Positions 38,764 through 47,098 of a stretch of 64,000 bases of DNA are shown one piece after another. The first letter of the stretch is position 1. The number at the start of each line of letters is the position of its first letter. The position numbers were made by a program, and so were the translations under genes. Source of the stretch: Bacillota bacterium (lineage in GTDB: Bacteria > Bacillota > Sulfobacillia > Sulfobacillales > JAIMBI01); contig JAJYPH010000001.1 in assembly GCA_021795575.1 (NCBI GenBank), positions 5,128-69,127 of the forward strand. Reading direction: 5' to 3'. The notes beneath the pieces are model-generated. The model searched no databases. It had not been told where the DNA came from and saw only the letters and a program-made list of their open reading frames with translations.

Positions 38764-40293
38764 ATGACGTTCACCGTGGCCGACCTGATGGGCCTGCCCA
38801 TCATGCGGGGGGCCCACGAACTGACGGGGGTGGGTGGCCCGCGACCCATTCGCTCGGTTTCGGTCATCGAGGCGCCGGTGGAAGAGTTCGTGCGCGAGGG
38901 CGAGTTGGTGCTGACCACCGGCATGGGATGCACGGAGCCGGAACCGCTGCTGGCGCTGGTGGCCGACATTGCCCGCGCCAAAGCGTCGGCGGTCGGGATT
39001 GCCACCGGCTACTACGTCGCCGCCATTCCGTCCGCCGTGGTCGATCTGGCGCAGTCCTGGCACCTCGCCCTGGTGGACATCCCGTGGGAGGTGCGCTTCT
39101 CGGAAATTACGGAGGCGGTGTCCGAGGTGCTGCTGGCCGAGCGCCGCCAGCTACTGGATCAGGCCAAAGAGATGCAGTCGGATGTGTGGCGCGTGATCCT
39201 GCGGCACGGCAGCGCCTCGGACGTGCTGGCGGCCCTGGCGGCCCGCATCGCGGCGCCGCTGTGGATCGCCGACGCCGATGGCGGCCTGCTCGCGGGAGAT
39301 CCGACCGCCGCACCCGGCGAGGCGCTCACGGTCCCCATCCGTTCGACCACCCGCTTGGAGGGGTACCTGCACGTCGTCGCGGCATCCCCGGGGTCCGTCG
39401 ACCCGGACTTGGCGTCCGAGGCGGCCAGTGCCCTGGCCACGTGGTTTCTCTATCAGGAGGCCGAGCGCCAACGCCGCTTTCAGTCGCGTGACGCCCTGTT
39501 GTGGAGCCTGGCGTACGGGGAGGTGGACCCGAGCGACGTCGCGGACCGGGCCCAGATTTTCGGCTATCATCCGACCCGCCCCTATCTGGGTCTATTGGGC
39601 CGCGTGGACCACGTGGACCCCACGGAAGGATCCGAGGCCGGCGTGCTCAGTACGGTGCACGCGTTGGTGGTGAAATCCCTGGCGCGGTGGTCGCCGGCTC
39701 CCCTCGCGGCACGGCGCGGCGACAGCTTTTTGGTGTATCTCGAAATCCGACCGGGGGATCCCGTGCAGGTAGCCCGCCGCTTTCTGGACGACCTGGATCG
39801 GCGGCTCCGGGATTTGAGCCCTCGCGTGGTGATGTCCTGGGGCATTGGCTTGGCCGACCAACCCGGGGATCGGTTCCATCACGCGTACCGCCAAGCGCAC
39901 GAGGCGCTGAACATCGGCTATGGGTTGGCGGGGCCGGGCCACCGCACCTACTTCAGCGATGTGCGGATCTATCAGATGTTGCTGCACCTGGCCCAGGAGC
40001 CCGTGGCCCAGGAGCTGCTGGCGGCCACGCTGAGCCCGCTTGACGCGTACGACGACAAGCGCCATGGGGAGTTGGTCCCCACCCTCGACGCCTTCATTCG
40101 CACGCGCGGCCAAATCAGTGAAACGGCCCGCCTCCTGAACCTGCACCGCCAGTCCCTCACATACCGGCTTTCGCAGATTGAACGGCTGACGGGCCGGACC
40201 CTGGACGACCCGGAAACCTGGTTTCTGTTTTCGTTCGCGCTGCACATTCGGAAGCTGCAGACGGCGACGCTGCATCTCCATCCCGAGGCCTGA
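38764..40293 (+). CDS. PucR-family transcriptional regulator
   Basis: 509 aa with an N-terminal PurC-like sensor domain (LMGLPIM..VSVIEAP..GELVLTTG) and a C-terminal PucR HTH (ISETARLLNLHRQSLTYRL). Divergent from the catabolic operon. Confidence 0.88.
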   Translation: MTFTVADLMGLPIMRGAHELTGVGGPRPIRSVSVIEAPVEEFVREGELVLTTGMGCTEPEPLLALVADIARAKASAVGIATGYYVAAIPSAVVDLAQSWHLALVDIPWEVRFSEITEAVSEVLLAERRQLLDQAKEMQSDVWRVILRHGSASDVLAALAARIAAPLWIADADGGLLAGDPTAAPGEALTVPIRSTTRLEGYLHVVAASPGSVDPDLASEAASALATWFLYQEAERQRRFQSRDALLWSLAYGEVDPSDVADRAQIFGYHPTRPYLGLLGRVDHVDPTEGSEAGVLSTVHALVVKSLARWSPAPLAARRGDSFLVYLEIRPGDPVQVARRFLDDLDRRLRDLSPRVVMSWGIGLADQPGDRFHHAYRQAHEALNIGYGLAGPGHRTYFSDVRIYQMLLHLAQEPVAQELLAATLSPLDAYDDKRHGELVPTLDAFIRTRGQISETARLLNLHRQSLTYRLSQIERLTGRTLDDPETWFLFSFALHIRKLQTATLHLHPEA

Positions 40294-40304
40294 CCACCAT
40301 GCGT

Positions 40305-40331
40305 GCAGGGTGGGCATCCTGCCCACCCTGC
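40305..40331. terminator. bidirectional stem-loop between the convergent pucR-like and monooxygenase genes
   Basis: gcagggtgggca tcc tgcccaccctgc: perfect 12-bp arms, 12 nt after the pucR stop and 16 nt after the stop at 40347. No U-tract. Confidence 0.5.
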
Positions 40332-40346
40332 GGCCGCACGCGACCC

Positions 40347-40643
40347 TCAGTCCGCCAGCACCGTGTGCATCTCGAACTGATTGGGCTGGGCAAACATGTC
40401 GGCCGGTGCGCGCTGGCCGTGCGCCTCGCGGAATGCCTCGCTGGCCGTCCAGGCCCGGAAGCTGGCTTCATCCTGCCAGTGGGTCATGACCACGTAGGGA
40501 GCGCCCTCCGTGACCGGACAGAGCACCTCGTTGCGCACGAACCCCGGAGCCCGGTCCACCAAGTGCGCACGCCCGCGAAAGCGGGCCTCAAAGTCCGCCT
40601 CGCGGCCGGCCGCCACAAAAATGCGATTGGCCACCACCACCAT
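40347..40643 (-). CDS. ABM-domain monooxygenase (IsdG/HmoA-like heme-degrading type)
   Basis: 98 aa: NRI.V..G..FE.RF..R...V...PGF....VL. and W.DE.SF..W. Strong SD AAGGAGGAAGCAC before ATG 40643. Confidence 0.75.
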   Translation of the reverse strand: MVVVANRIFVAAGREADFEARFRGRAHLVDRAPGFVRNEVLCPVTEGAPYVVMTHWQDEASFRAWTASEAFREAHGQRAPADMFAQPNQFEMHTVLAD

Positions 40644-40734
40644 GTGCTTCCTCCTTATCTAGATAGGCACCCGCGTCGACCGCCCAAAACCTGACCTCGG
40701 ACCACCCCGGTCGTCCTTCACCCTAGCAGGATGG

Positions 40735-40752
40735 TGCTATACTGTCATCATG
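40735..40752 (+). promoter_or_regulatory. extended -10 promoter (TGcTATACT) giving a leaderless mRNA for the ArsR-like gene
   Basis: TG at 40735-40736, TATACT at 40738-40743, 6 nt, then ATG 40750. No SD is possible in this spacing. Confidence 0.5.
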
Positions 40753-41862
40753 GAATACGTGCAGCATGTGCACGCAAGCGAGTGGCCCGCGGCGTCGCGC
40801 GTGGAGACCCTGTCCCTGGCCGACCCGTGTGCGGTGTGGCTTCGGCCCTCTTGGCCCCTGATGGTGGTCGGGGGGCTCGTGGTGGCGGATGCCGCGCCGC
40901 GCGCGGATACGGTCTCGGTGATGGACATTCCGGGATGGCCCACCCTGCGCGCCCTGCTGCTGCACGGCGTCGTTCTGCGCGACCAATTGGCCCTCTTGCC
41001 CAGCGCTGAGCTGGATCGGGCCCATACCGCCCGCGAACTGCTGGACGTGATCCGCGGCCAAGGGGAACGTTGGTGGCACCGCCTGTTGATGACCGCGGCC
41101 GAGCAGGGCTGGCGGCATCATCAGGCGCACGCCCCGGCCGCGGACGGCGAGGCTTTGCGTGCCGCTTGGGATGCGGCCACCGGCTGGCGTGACCAGGTGC
41201 TTCTGCAGGCCACCCTGTGGCCGGCCGCAAGCCCAGGCGTGGCCGCGCTGCTGGACGACCCCTCGCCGTGCTGGGACGTGCTGCAGGCGGTGGTCATCCG
41301 CGTGGGTCAGTTTGTGGACGAGCACGCTCCGCGCCTGCCGCGCGCGGAACGCCGCACCTATGCTGACGCCGACCACGCCTTTCGGCACTTGCTCGGCCGC
41401 TCTCTGGGACCGGGCATAGAGGGCCGCGCGGTGCATGAGGTTACGGCGGTGCCCACGCCGGGTCTTGGGGACACCGTGCCGATTGCCCGCCACGGCACAC
41501 GCTGGACCGTATGGATTTCTCTGGCGCTTCCCGACGCGGGCAAGCCTCCAGACGTCCATCGGACGCTCGCGCTCCTGGGCGATCCCCTAAACCAGCAGGT
41601 GGTGGAGCAACTGGCCAACCATCCGTCGTACGCGCAGGCTCTGGCACCGACGCTCAACACGCACGCGTCCACGCTGTCCCGCCATCTCACCGCGCTCGGG
41701 GACGCGGGCATTGTGCGCGTCCGTCCGGAGGGCCACCGCGTGTGGTACCATCTCCACGCGCCCGCGCTCGAGGCCGTGGAGCATTGGGCCGCTTCGGTTC
41801 GCGCCGAGGCCATGGCCTCGGTCCCGGCAGGTGATGGGCGAACCCGATCCGACCGTACGTAA
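40750..41862 (+). CDS. ArsR-family winged-helix regulator with a large (about 270 aa) uncharacterised N-terminal domain
   Basis: The C-terminal LLGDPLNQQVVEQLANHPSYAQALAPTLNTHASTLSRHLTALGDAGIVRVRPEGHRVWYHL is an ArsR/SmtB HTH. I recognise no motif in the N-terminal part. Confidence 0.7.
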   Translation: MEYVQHVHASEWPAASRVETLSLADPCAVWLRPSWPLMVVGGLVVADAAPRADTVSVMDIPGWPTLRALLLHGVVLRDQLALLPSAELDRAHTARELLDVIRGQGERWWHRLLMTAAEQGWRHHQAHAPAADGEALRAAWDAATGWRDQVLLQATLWPAASPGVAALLDDPSPCWDVLQAVVIRVGQFVDEHAPRLPRAERRTYADADHAFRHLLGRSLGPGIEGRAVHEVTAVPTPGLGDTVPIARHGTRWTVWISLALPDAGKPPDVHRTLALLGDPLNQQVVEQLANHPSYAQALAPTLNTHASTLSRHLTALGDAGIVRVRPEGHRVWYHLHAPALEAVEHWAASVRAEAMASVPAGDGRTRSDRT

Positions 41863-41982
41863 GGCCGCCGGCGCGGCCCAGGGAACCGCGCCACCCGCCG
41901 CCAGGCGGTGGGTGACCGCAGCGGTCCGCCTCGGCCCCCGAAGCTCCCGGCGCGCCGTACGCCATGAGAGGGGAGTCTGCTG

Positions 41983-42861
41983 GTGACCCCAAGCGTCCGT
42001 GAGGATGCGCCGCTGCGCGCGGTGGTGCTCGGAACGGCCCAGGATGGAGGGCGCCCCCAGGTGGGCTGCCACTGTGGGCATTGTCAGGCGGCGCGCCGCG
42101 ACCCGGCCCTGGTCGAGGGACCCAGCGCGCTGGCCGTCATCGACGACGTCCAGCACACAATTTGGCTGGTGGACGTGACCCCCGCCTTCCCCCAGCAGTT
42201 CGACTGGCTGGAGACGCATTTGGGCTCCCCCTATGCGCTGGCCGGGGTCCTCGTGACGCATGCCCACATCGGCCATTATCTGGGCCTGGCGCACTTGGGC
42301 CGGGAAGTCATGGGTGCACACGGCGTGCCCGTCTACGTGAGTCCGCCCATGGCCCGTTTCCTCACGGCGCATGCGCCCTGGTCGCAGCTCGTGCAGGTGG
42401 GCAACATCCGACTGGAGCCGCTGGCTCCCGATGTCCCGCATTCCCTGGCACCTGGCCTGTCCGCCACCCTGATCCCGGTCCCCCACCGCAATGAACACGC
42501 CGACACCATGGCCATCGTGCTGGAGGGGCCCATGCGCCGCCTCTTGTATCTGCCCGATATTGACCGGTGGGAGCCATGGGCCGACACGCTGGCCCGGGTC
42601 CTGCCGTCCGTGGACATTGCGCTCCTGGACGGAACGTTTTATGACGCCGACGAACTTCCGGGCCGGAGCCGCCATGAGATTCCCCACCCCCCGGTGGTGG
42701 ACACGCTGGAGCGGCTGGCTCGCCTTCCCCCCTTGCCGCAGACCACGGTCTACGTCACCCACTTAAACCACTCCAACCGGTTGTGGGACCCTGTCCATGC
42801 CGACGCGCTGGCGGCGCATGGCCTCCGTGTGGCGCGGCGGGGGGATCAGCACGTTCTATAG
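41983..42861 (+). CDS. PqqB-like metallo-beta-lactamase-fold protein
   Basis: VVLGTAQDGGRPQVGCHCGHCQAARRD plus VTHAHIGHYLGL resemble PqqB. GTG start with SD GAGAGGGGAG. No pqqA, C, D or E genes nearby. Confidence 0.7.
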   Translation: MTPSVREDAPLRAVVLGTAQDGGRPQVGCHCGHCQAARRDPALVEGPSALAVIDDVQHTIWLVDVTPAFPQQFDWLETHLGSPYALAGVLVTHAHIGHYLGLAHLGREVMGAHGVPVYVSPPMARFLTAHAPWSQLVQVGNIRLEPLAPDVPHSLAPGLSATLIPVPHRNEHADTMAIVLEGPMRRLLYLPDIDRWEPWADTLARVLPSVDIALLDGTFYDADELPGRSRHEIPHPPVVDTLERLARLPPLPQTTVYVTHLNHSNRLWDPVHADALAAHGLRVARRGDQHVL

Positions 42862-42931
42862 CGGCCGCCGGACGGCGCTGGCCAGTTGGCTATAATCGGC
42901 CGAGAGACGAGCCGAGAAAGGAAGTGGCCCG

Positions 42932-43723
42932 GTGGCGTTTGTTGATGCCTATGCGGACGCGATACGCCGACTGGATGAGCAAGCCACCACCATGGGGCAG
43001 GCCGCCTCCGGCATGCTGAGCCAGGCGCTCACGGCGCTGGCCCAGCGCAACCCAGAGTTGGCGCGCCAGGTGCTGGCGGCGGACGATGACATCGATGCCA
43101 AGGACGCCACCATGGAGCGCGACGTGCTGGAACTCATCAGCCTCCTGCCGCCGCGCCAGGGCGACCTGCGCCGGCTCGCCTCCCTGCTGCGCGTGGCCCG
43201 GGACTTGGAGCGGGTGGCCGACTACGCGTGCGACATCGCGGAAGTGGTGCTGGAACTGGGGCCCGCCCAGGAGGGCGTCAACCTCCGCGACGTGAGCGCC
43301 CTGGGCGCCCAGGTGCTGGCCATGTTGGCCGATGCCTTGACCGCGCTCGACACCCGCGACACGACGTTGGCCCGCGCCGTCAACCGCGCCGATGACGGGG
43401 TGGATGCCGGCTACGCGCGCACCCACCAGGATTTGGTGGCCCTGATGGAGCAGCACCCGCATCAGATTCGGGAGGCCAACCAACTCGTCCTGGTGGCCCG
43501 CTATCTGGAGCGCGTGGCGGACCATGCCGTGAACGTGGCGGAAATGACCGTATTCACCGTCGAGGGGCGCCGCCGTCCGTTTCATCACGGCGGCGACCCG
43601 GCGTCCCCCCGCGCCCCCGCCAACCCCATGGGCCCTCCGGTGGAGCCTGCGTCACCGCCCGACAGTGCCGTGAACTTGGAAAGGGAAAGGACGGTGCCCC
43701 ATGACTCCGCTCACACGCCGTGA
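42932..43723 (+). CDS. phoU: PhoU-family phosphate signalling protein with a Pro-rich C-terminal tail
   Basis: Two PhoU repeats (DDDIDAKDATMERDVLELI and RDLERVADYACDIAE; ERVADHAVNVAE). GTG 42932. The 45-aa tail overlaps the deoC start. Confidence 0.85.
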   Translation: MAFVDAYADAIRRLDEQATTMGQAASGMLSQALTALAQRNPELARQVLAADDDIDAKDATMERDVLELISLLPPRQGDLRRLASLLRVARDLERVADYACDIAEVVLELGPAQEGVNLRDVSALGAQVLAMLADALTALDTRDTTLARAVNRADDGVDAGYARTHQDLVALMEQHPHQIREANQLVLVARYLERVADHAVNVAEMTVFTVEGRRRPFHHGGDPASPRAPANPMGPPVEPASPPDSAVNLERERTVPHDSAHTP

Positions 43724-44369
43724 GGCCGCGCAGCTCATCGATCACACGCTGTTGGATCCCCGTGCCCGGCCGGACGACATTCGGGCCTTGGTGGCCGAGG
43801 CGAAAGACCTGGGCGTGTACGCGGTCTGCGTCAACAGCACCATGACCCCCACTGCCCGCAAAGCGTTGGGGCCCGACCATCCGGTGCGGCTCGCCGTCAC
43901 CGTCGGCTTCCCCCTGGGTGCCATGGATCCGGCCGCCAAGGCGGACGAGGCGCGCCGCGCCCGGGACGCCGGGGCCGACGAGCTGGACATGGTCATGGCA
44001 CAGGGGTGGTTCCGGGCCGGCGACGACGCCTACGTGCTGGACGACATGCGCGCGGTGATTGCCGCCGCCGGGGGCCTCCCCGTCAAAGTCATCCTGGAAA
44101 CGGGCTGGCTCACCCAGACGGAGGCTACCCGCGCGGCCGAGCTCGCGCGCACCGCCGGAGCCGCCATGGTGAAAACTTCGACAGGCTTCAACGCACCCGG
44201 TGCCACGCCCGAAGCCGTCGGCTGGCTGGCAGCGGCGGTGGCGCCACCGCTGGGGGTCAAGGCGGCCGGGGGCATTCGCACGCCCGAGGCCATGCGGGCC
44301 ATGGTGGCCGCGGGCGCTACGCGCATCGGGATGAGCGCCACCCGCGCGGTGCTGCAAGCCTGGTCCTGA
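43701..44369 (+). CDS. deoC: deoxyribose-phosphate aldolase
   Basis: LIDHTLLDP, VCVN, ELDMV and VKTSTGF (Schiff-base Lys) motifs. 222 aa. Confidence 0.9.
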   Translation: MTPLTRREAAQLIDHTLLDPRARPDDIRALVAEAKDLGVYAVCVNSTMTPTARKALGPDHPVRLAVTVGFPLGAMDPAAKADEARRARDAGADELDMVMAQGWFRAGDDAYVLDDMRAVIAAAGGLPVKVILETGWLTQTEATRAAELARTAGAAMVKTSTGFNAPGATPEAVGWLAAAVAPPLGVKAAGGIRTPEAMRAMVAAGATRIGMSATRAVLQAWS

Positions 44370-44372
44370 TTG

Positions 44373-45956
44373 ATGACCATCTGGCTCGCACTGGTGGGCG
44401 GCGTGGCGCTGTTTGCCTACGGGCTCTCGCTGACCGCCAGTGGCCTGGCGTCCCTCACGCGCGGTCCGCTGGTGGAGGCCATGCTGGCCCGCACCCGACG
44501 CCGTGGGGCGGCCGCGGCGCTGGGCGCCGGCGCCACGCTGCTGGCCGGATCCTCCAGCGCCATCACGGTGCTGTCGGTCGGGCTGGTGGGCGCCGGCCTG
44601 ATGGAGCTGCCCCAGGCGCTCGGGGTCATGCTGGGGGCGGCCGTGGGCACCACGCTCACCATCCAGCTGGTGTCGCTGGACGTGGTGCGCTTTGCCCCCC
44701 TGCTGCTGGTGTTGGGCGTCGCGCTGACCCTGTGGGAGCGCCGCCGTCGGGTCAGTGGTTCGGGTTCCCTGGTGCTGGGGTTCGGGCTCTTGTTCTACGC
44801 GGTCTCGGTCATGACCAGCACCGCCCAGCGGATTGTGCTGATCCCGGGCGCTCTGCCGTTCCTGGAGCACTGGGCCGCGATCCCGGTCGTGCCCCTGGCC
44901 GCGGCTTTTGTGCTGACCGCTCTGGTGCAAAATTCGGCGACGACCATTGCGCTGGCGCTCTCGTTTTCGCTGCATGGCGCCATTTCGCCCGAAGCCGCCC
45001 TTTTGATGGTACTGGGCGCCAACCTGGGATCCCCGGCCGCGTCCGTGTACGCGGCGCTGGCGGGTGGCGGCTCCGCGCGGCGGGCGGCGGCCGGGTACGT
45101 CATCATGAAAGCTGTGGCGGTGGGCGTGGCGCTCCTGCTGCTCCATCCGCTGTTGGACCTGCTGGCCACCATCGACCCGAGTCCGGGGCGGCTGGTGGCC
45201 AATGCGCACACGCTGTTCAACCTCGGAATGGCGCTCGGGTTTCTCCCTCTTACGGGTCCCGTCGCGGAACTGGTAGGACGCCTGATCCCCCCGCCCGCCT
45301 CGGCATCCGGTCCGTCCGCGCCCGCCCTGGATCCGGGTCGTCTGCAGCGCCCAGCCGAGGCACTGGCGGCCAGCGCCGGTGAAGTGGCCCGGATGGCCGA
45401 GGTGGCGGCTCAGATGGTGCGCACCCTGCCTGTCCTGTTGGCGACCCTGGAGGCCCCGCCGCGGGAATTTCTCGACCAGGAAGAGACCGTGGACCTGCTG
45501 CACCAGGCGGTGCACAGCTATCTGTCCCGCGTATCCGACGCCCGGCTGACCGATGAGGAGCGGGATCGCAAACTGCGCATCCTGGCGGTGGCCAATCAGT
45601 TGGAGCACGTCGGCGATACGGTCGAAAAGCTGGCGGGCACGGCGGAAAAGCTTGGACACCGGGGATACGAGTGGCCTCCCGGCCTTCGGCGCGCGGTCGA
45701 CGCCTACGTGGCGCACGGCGTGGCCTGGTTTGACGAAGCCGCGCGGGCGGTGGCGGCCACCAGCGACGAGGTGGCACGGCGGGTCGTGTTTTACTATCCC
45801 GAGCTGGCGCACGAAGAATCTGCGCTCAGGCGCCAGGCATTCCAGGTCACCGGCGACGTGCCGGGGCGCAGCACACTGTTGGAGCTGTTGGACGACCTGG
45901 CGGTGCTGTCGCAGCGCACCGCCGCCTTGGGACGCGCGCTGCTGGGATTCCAGTAG
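44373..45956 (+). CDS. Na/Pi cotransporter family protein with C-terminal PhoU-like domain
   Basis: Two Na_Pi_cotrans repeats (GSSSAITVL and QNSATTIAL) plus a cytosolic helical domain. ATG 44373; the track starts at TTG 44370. Confidence 0.85.
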   Translation: MTIWLALVGGVALFAYGLSLTASGLASLTRGPLVEAMLARTRRRGAAAALGAGATLLAGSSSAITVLSVGLVGAGLMELPQALGVMLGAAVGTTLTIQLVSLDVVRFAPLLLVLGVALTLWERRRRVSGSGSLVLGFGLLFYAVSVMTSTAQRIVLIPGALPFLEHWAAIPVVPLAAAFVLTALVQNSATTIALALSFSLHGAISPEAALLMVLGANLGSPAASVYAALAGGGSARRAAAGYVIMKAVAVGVALLLLHPLLDLLATIDPSPGRLVANAHTLFNLGMALGFLPLTGPVAELVGRLIPPPASASGPSAPALDPGRLQRPAEALAASAGEVARMAEVAAQMVRTLPVLLATLEAPPREFLDQEETVDLLHQAVHSYLSRVSDARLTDEERDRKLRILAVANQLEHVGDTVEKLAGTAEKLGHRGYEWPPGLRRAVDAYVAHGVAWFDEAARAVAATSDEVARRVVFYYPELAHEESALRRQAFQVTGDVPGRSTLLELLDDLAVLSQRTAALGRALLGFQ

Positions 45957-45972
45957 CGCCCACCGCTGCCGC

Positions 45973-46001
45973 TTGATGACCCCACACGTCCACAATAGAA
46001 T
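45973..46001 (+). promoter_or_regulatory. sigma-A-type promoter of the low-GC cassette
   Basis: -35 TTGATG (45973-45978), 17-nt spacer, -10 TAGAAT (45996-46001). An ATG follows 6 nt later at 46008, the same leaderless geometry as at 40750. Confidence 0.5.
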
Positions 46002-46007
46002 GGCTTT

Positions 46008-46214
46008 ATGGTAGTCCCGGTAGTCCGCGTAGTCTGTCGGCTCTTGGCGAGTCCGAACATGAGTTGTACCGCTCCAGGCCGACCGACTCTGAGTGAATTG
46101 GCGAAGGATCGGCGGAGGGGAGAACCTTCGATATCCGCACATCAAGGAGCGACTGACCAATCCAGTCCAGGTGGTGGGCGCAGAGATGGACGAAATGCAC
46201 CGGCACATAATTAG
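46008..46214 (+). CDS. hypothetical 68-aa leaderless ORF (possible degenerate HTH)
   Basis: MVVPVVRVVCRLLASPN..GRPTLSELAKDRRRGEPSISAHQG. It starts at the position expected for a leaderless transcript, but GC3 is low and it overlaps another open frame (46093..46272). Which frame is real is unresolved. Confidence 0.3.
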   Translation: MVVPVVRVVCRLLASPNMSCTAPGRPTLSELAKDRRRGEPSISAHQGATDQSSPGGGRRDGRNAPAHN

Positions 46215-46272
46215 TGGATTTCTAGGCTTGACACCCGAGGAACTGCAGCAGGATTGGGGGCGTCATCGATGA
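46093..46272 (+). CDS. hypothetical 59-aa ORF overlapping the start of the next gene
   Basis: Not in the track (below 60 aa). VNWRRIGGGENLRYPHIKERLTNPVQVVGAEMDEMHRHIISGFLGLTPEELQQDWGRHR. GC3 is higher than in the alternative frame. Its TGA (46270-46272) overlaps ATG 46269 of the next ORF (ATGA). No SD before the GTG. Confidence 0.3.
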   Translation: MNWRRIGGGENLRYPHIKERLTNPVQVVGAEMDEMHRHIISGFLGLTPEELQQDWGRHR

Positions 46273-46883
46273 CTCAATCAGCGACTCAACTGAAAACGAT
46301 GGATTTTCCCACGGGAACTTTGTGTGGCGCAACCACCCTTAACCCTGTGGCCCCCCAGGGGGAAGGTGGCCGCCCTTACAGGCGCCCCACCACACTTACC
46401 ACACTCATTGCATCGACCACAGGCGTCCAGGCGGGGATGGCTCTCAGCATCGTGGCGCGCCCGGTGCTGGGTATGAGAGTAGACGGCTGGCTGCCCGATC
46501 GGCTCCGAGATGCAGCCTGGATTTTAGATGCGGTCACGGCGCTGCTTGGCCCGGCCGAGGGCTGGGACGGTCGGCGGGCACACCCGGTCACTCAGGAGGC
46601 CGCTATGGCCGCGCTCGAGATTGCCGGCCGGCTCGTGGCTGGCCATCACCTGTTGCCGGAGATTTTTCCCCTTCCCGATGGCGGTCTGCAGCTGGAGTGG
46701 CATGTGTTTGGCGCTGGCGTCGAGATTGAGGTGGACGGAGCCGGGGCCCCGTTCGGCGTCGCGACCGATGCGGCCGGGCAGGCGCTTTGGGAGCGAGACT
46801 TTAGTGTGGCCGAGGTATCTGCTCTTGACGACCTCAGAAGGTTTGTGGCCAAGATGGCCCACAATCTGGAGTCGGCGCGGTGA
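46269..46883 (+). CDS. hypothetical protein, conserved-looking C-terminal about 130 aa
   Basis: GGGGG lies 7 nt before ATG 46269. The C-terminal part GWDGRRAHPVTQEAAMAALEIAGRLV..LLPEIFPLPDGGLQLEWHVFGAGVEIEVDGAG looks like a folded domain. The N-terminal 55 aa are low-complexity, so the start could be ATG 46438. Confidence 0.5.
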   Translation: MTQSATQLKTMDFPTGTLCGATTLNPVAPQGEGGRPYRRPTTLTTLIASTTGVQAGMALSIVARPVLGMRVDGWLPDRLRDAAWILDAVTALLGPAEGWDGRRAHPVTQEAAMAALEIAGRLVAGHHLLPEIFPLPDGGLQLEWHVFGAGVEIEVDGAGAPFGVATDAAGQALWERDFSVAEVSALDDLRRFVAKMAHNLESAR

Positions 46884-47098
46884 ATGATTGGCGCCTGAAG
46901 GACGATGGGCCGAACATGATGACCGTGGATGGGGGTGCCGGGAGGCGACGTCCTTCGCGCGGCGCCTTCCACCCCGACTCCGATGGGGTGTCCGTGTGTC
47001 GGGTGGGTGTGTTGTCGGGTCATGGGTTGGGCCCTGAAGCCCTTGTGACCGCTCCCTGCCATCTGGTGTACGCCTGGGACGTTCGGCGCACGGATTGA
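46880..47098 (+). CDS. hypothetical 72-aa protein, possibly a truncated larger gene
   Basis: GTG 46880 overlaps the upstream stop (GTGA), with GGAG 9 nt upstream. ..RRRPSRGAFHPDSDGVSVCRVGVLSGHGLGPEALV.. No recognisable family. Confidence 0.4.
   Translation: MNDWRLKDDGPNMMTVDGGAGRRRPSRGAFHPDSDGVSVCRVGVLSGHGLGPEALVTAPCHLVYAWDVRRTD

Noticed and set aside
40655-40672. TATCTAGATA palindrome next to the monooxygenase SD, and its resemblance to the TCTAGAT core of the 16585-16619 inverted repeat
   Set aside because: TCTAGA contains stop codons on both strands, so it is simply enriched in intergenic DNA (it also occurs at 3323). Two occurrences are not enough to claim a shared operator.
43554-46208. 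884-aa minus-strand ORF, plus similar giants at 6771..8834, 23839..25680, 52235..54031, 52512..53900, 56852..58807, 59183..60790 and 15016..16590
   Set aside because: All are antisense to, or out of frame with, genes that have clear family motifs. Their products are Arg/Pro/Gly/His-rich with no hydrophobic core. Stop-poor alternative frames are expected at about 70% G+C.
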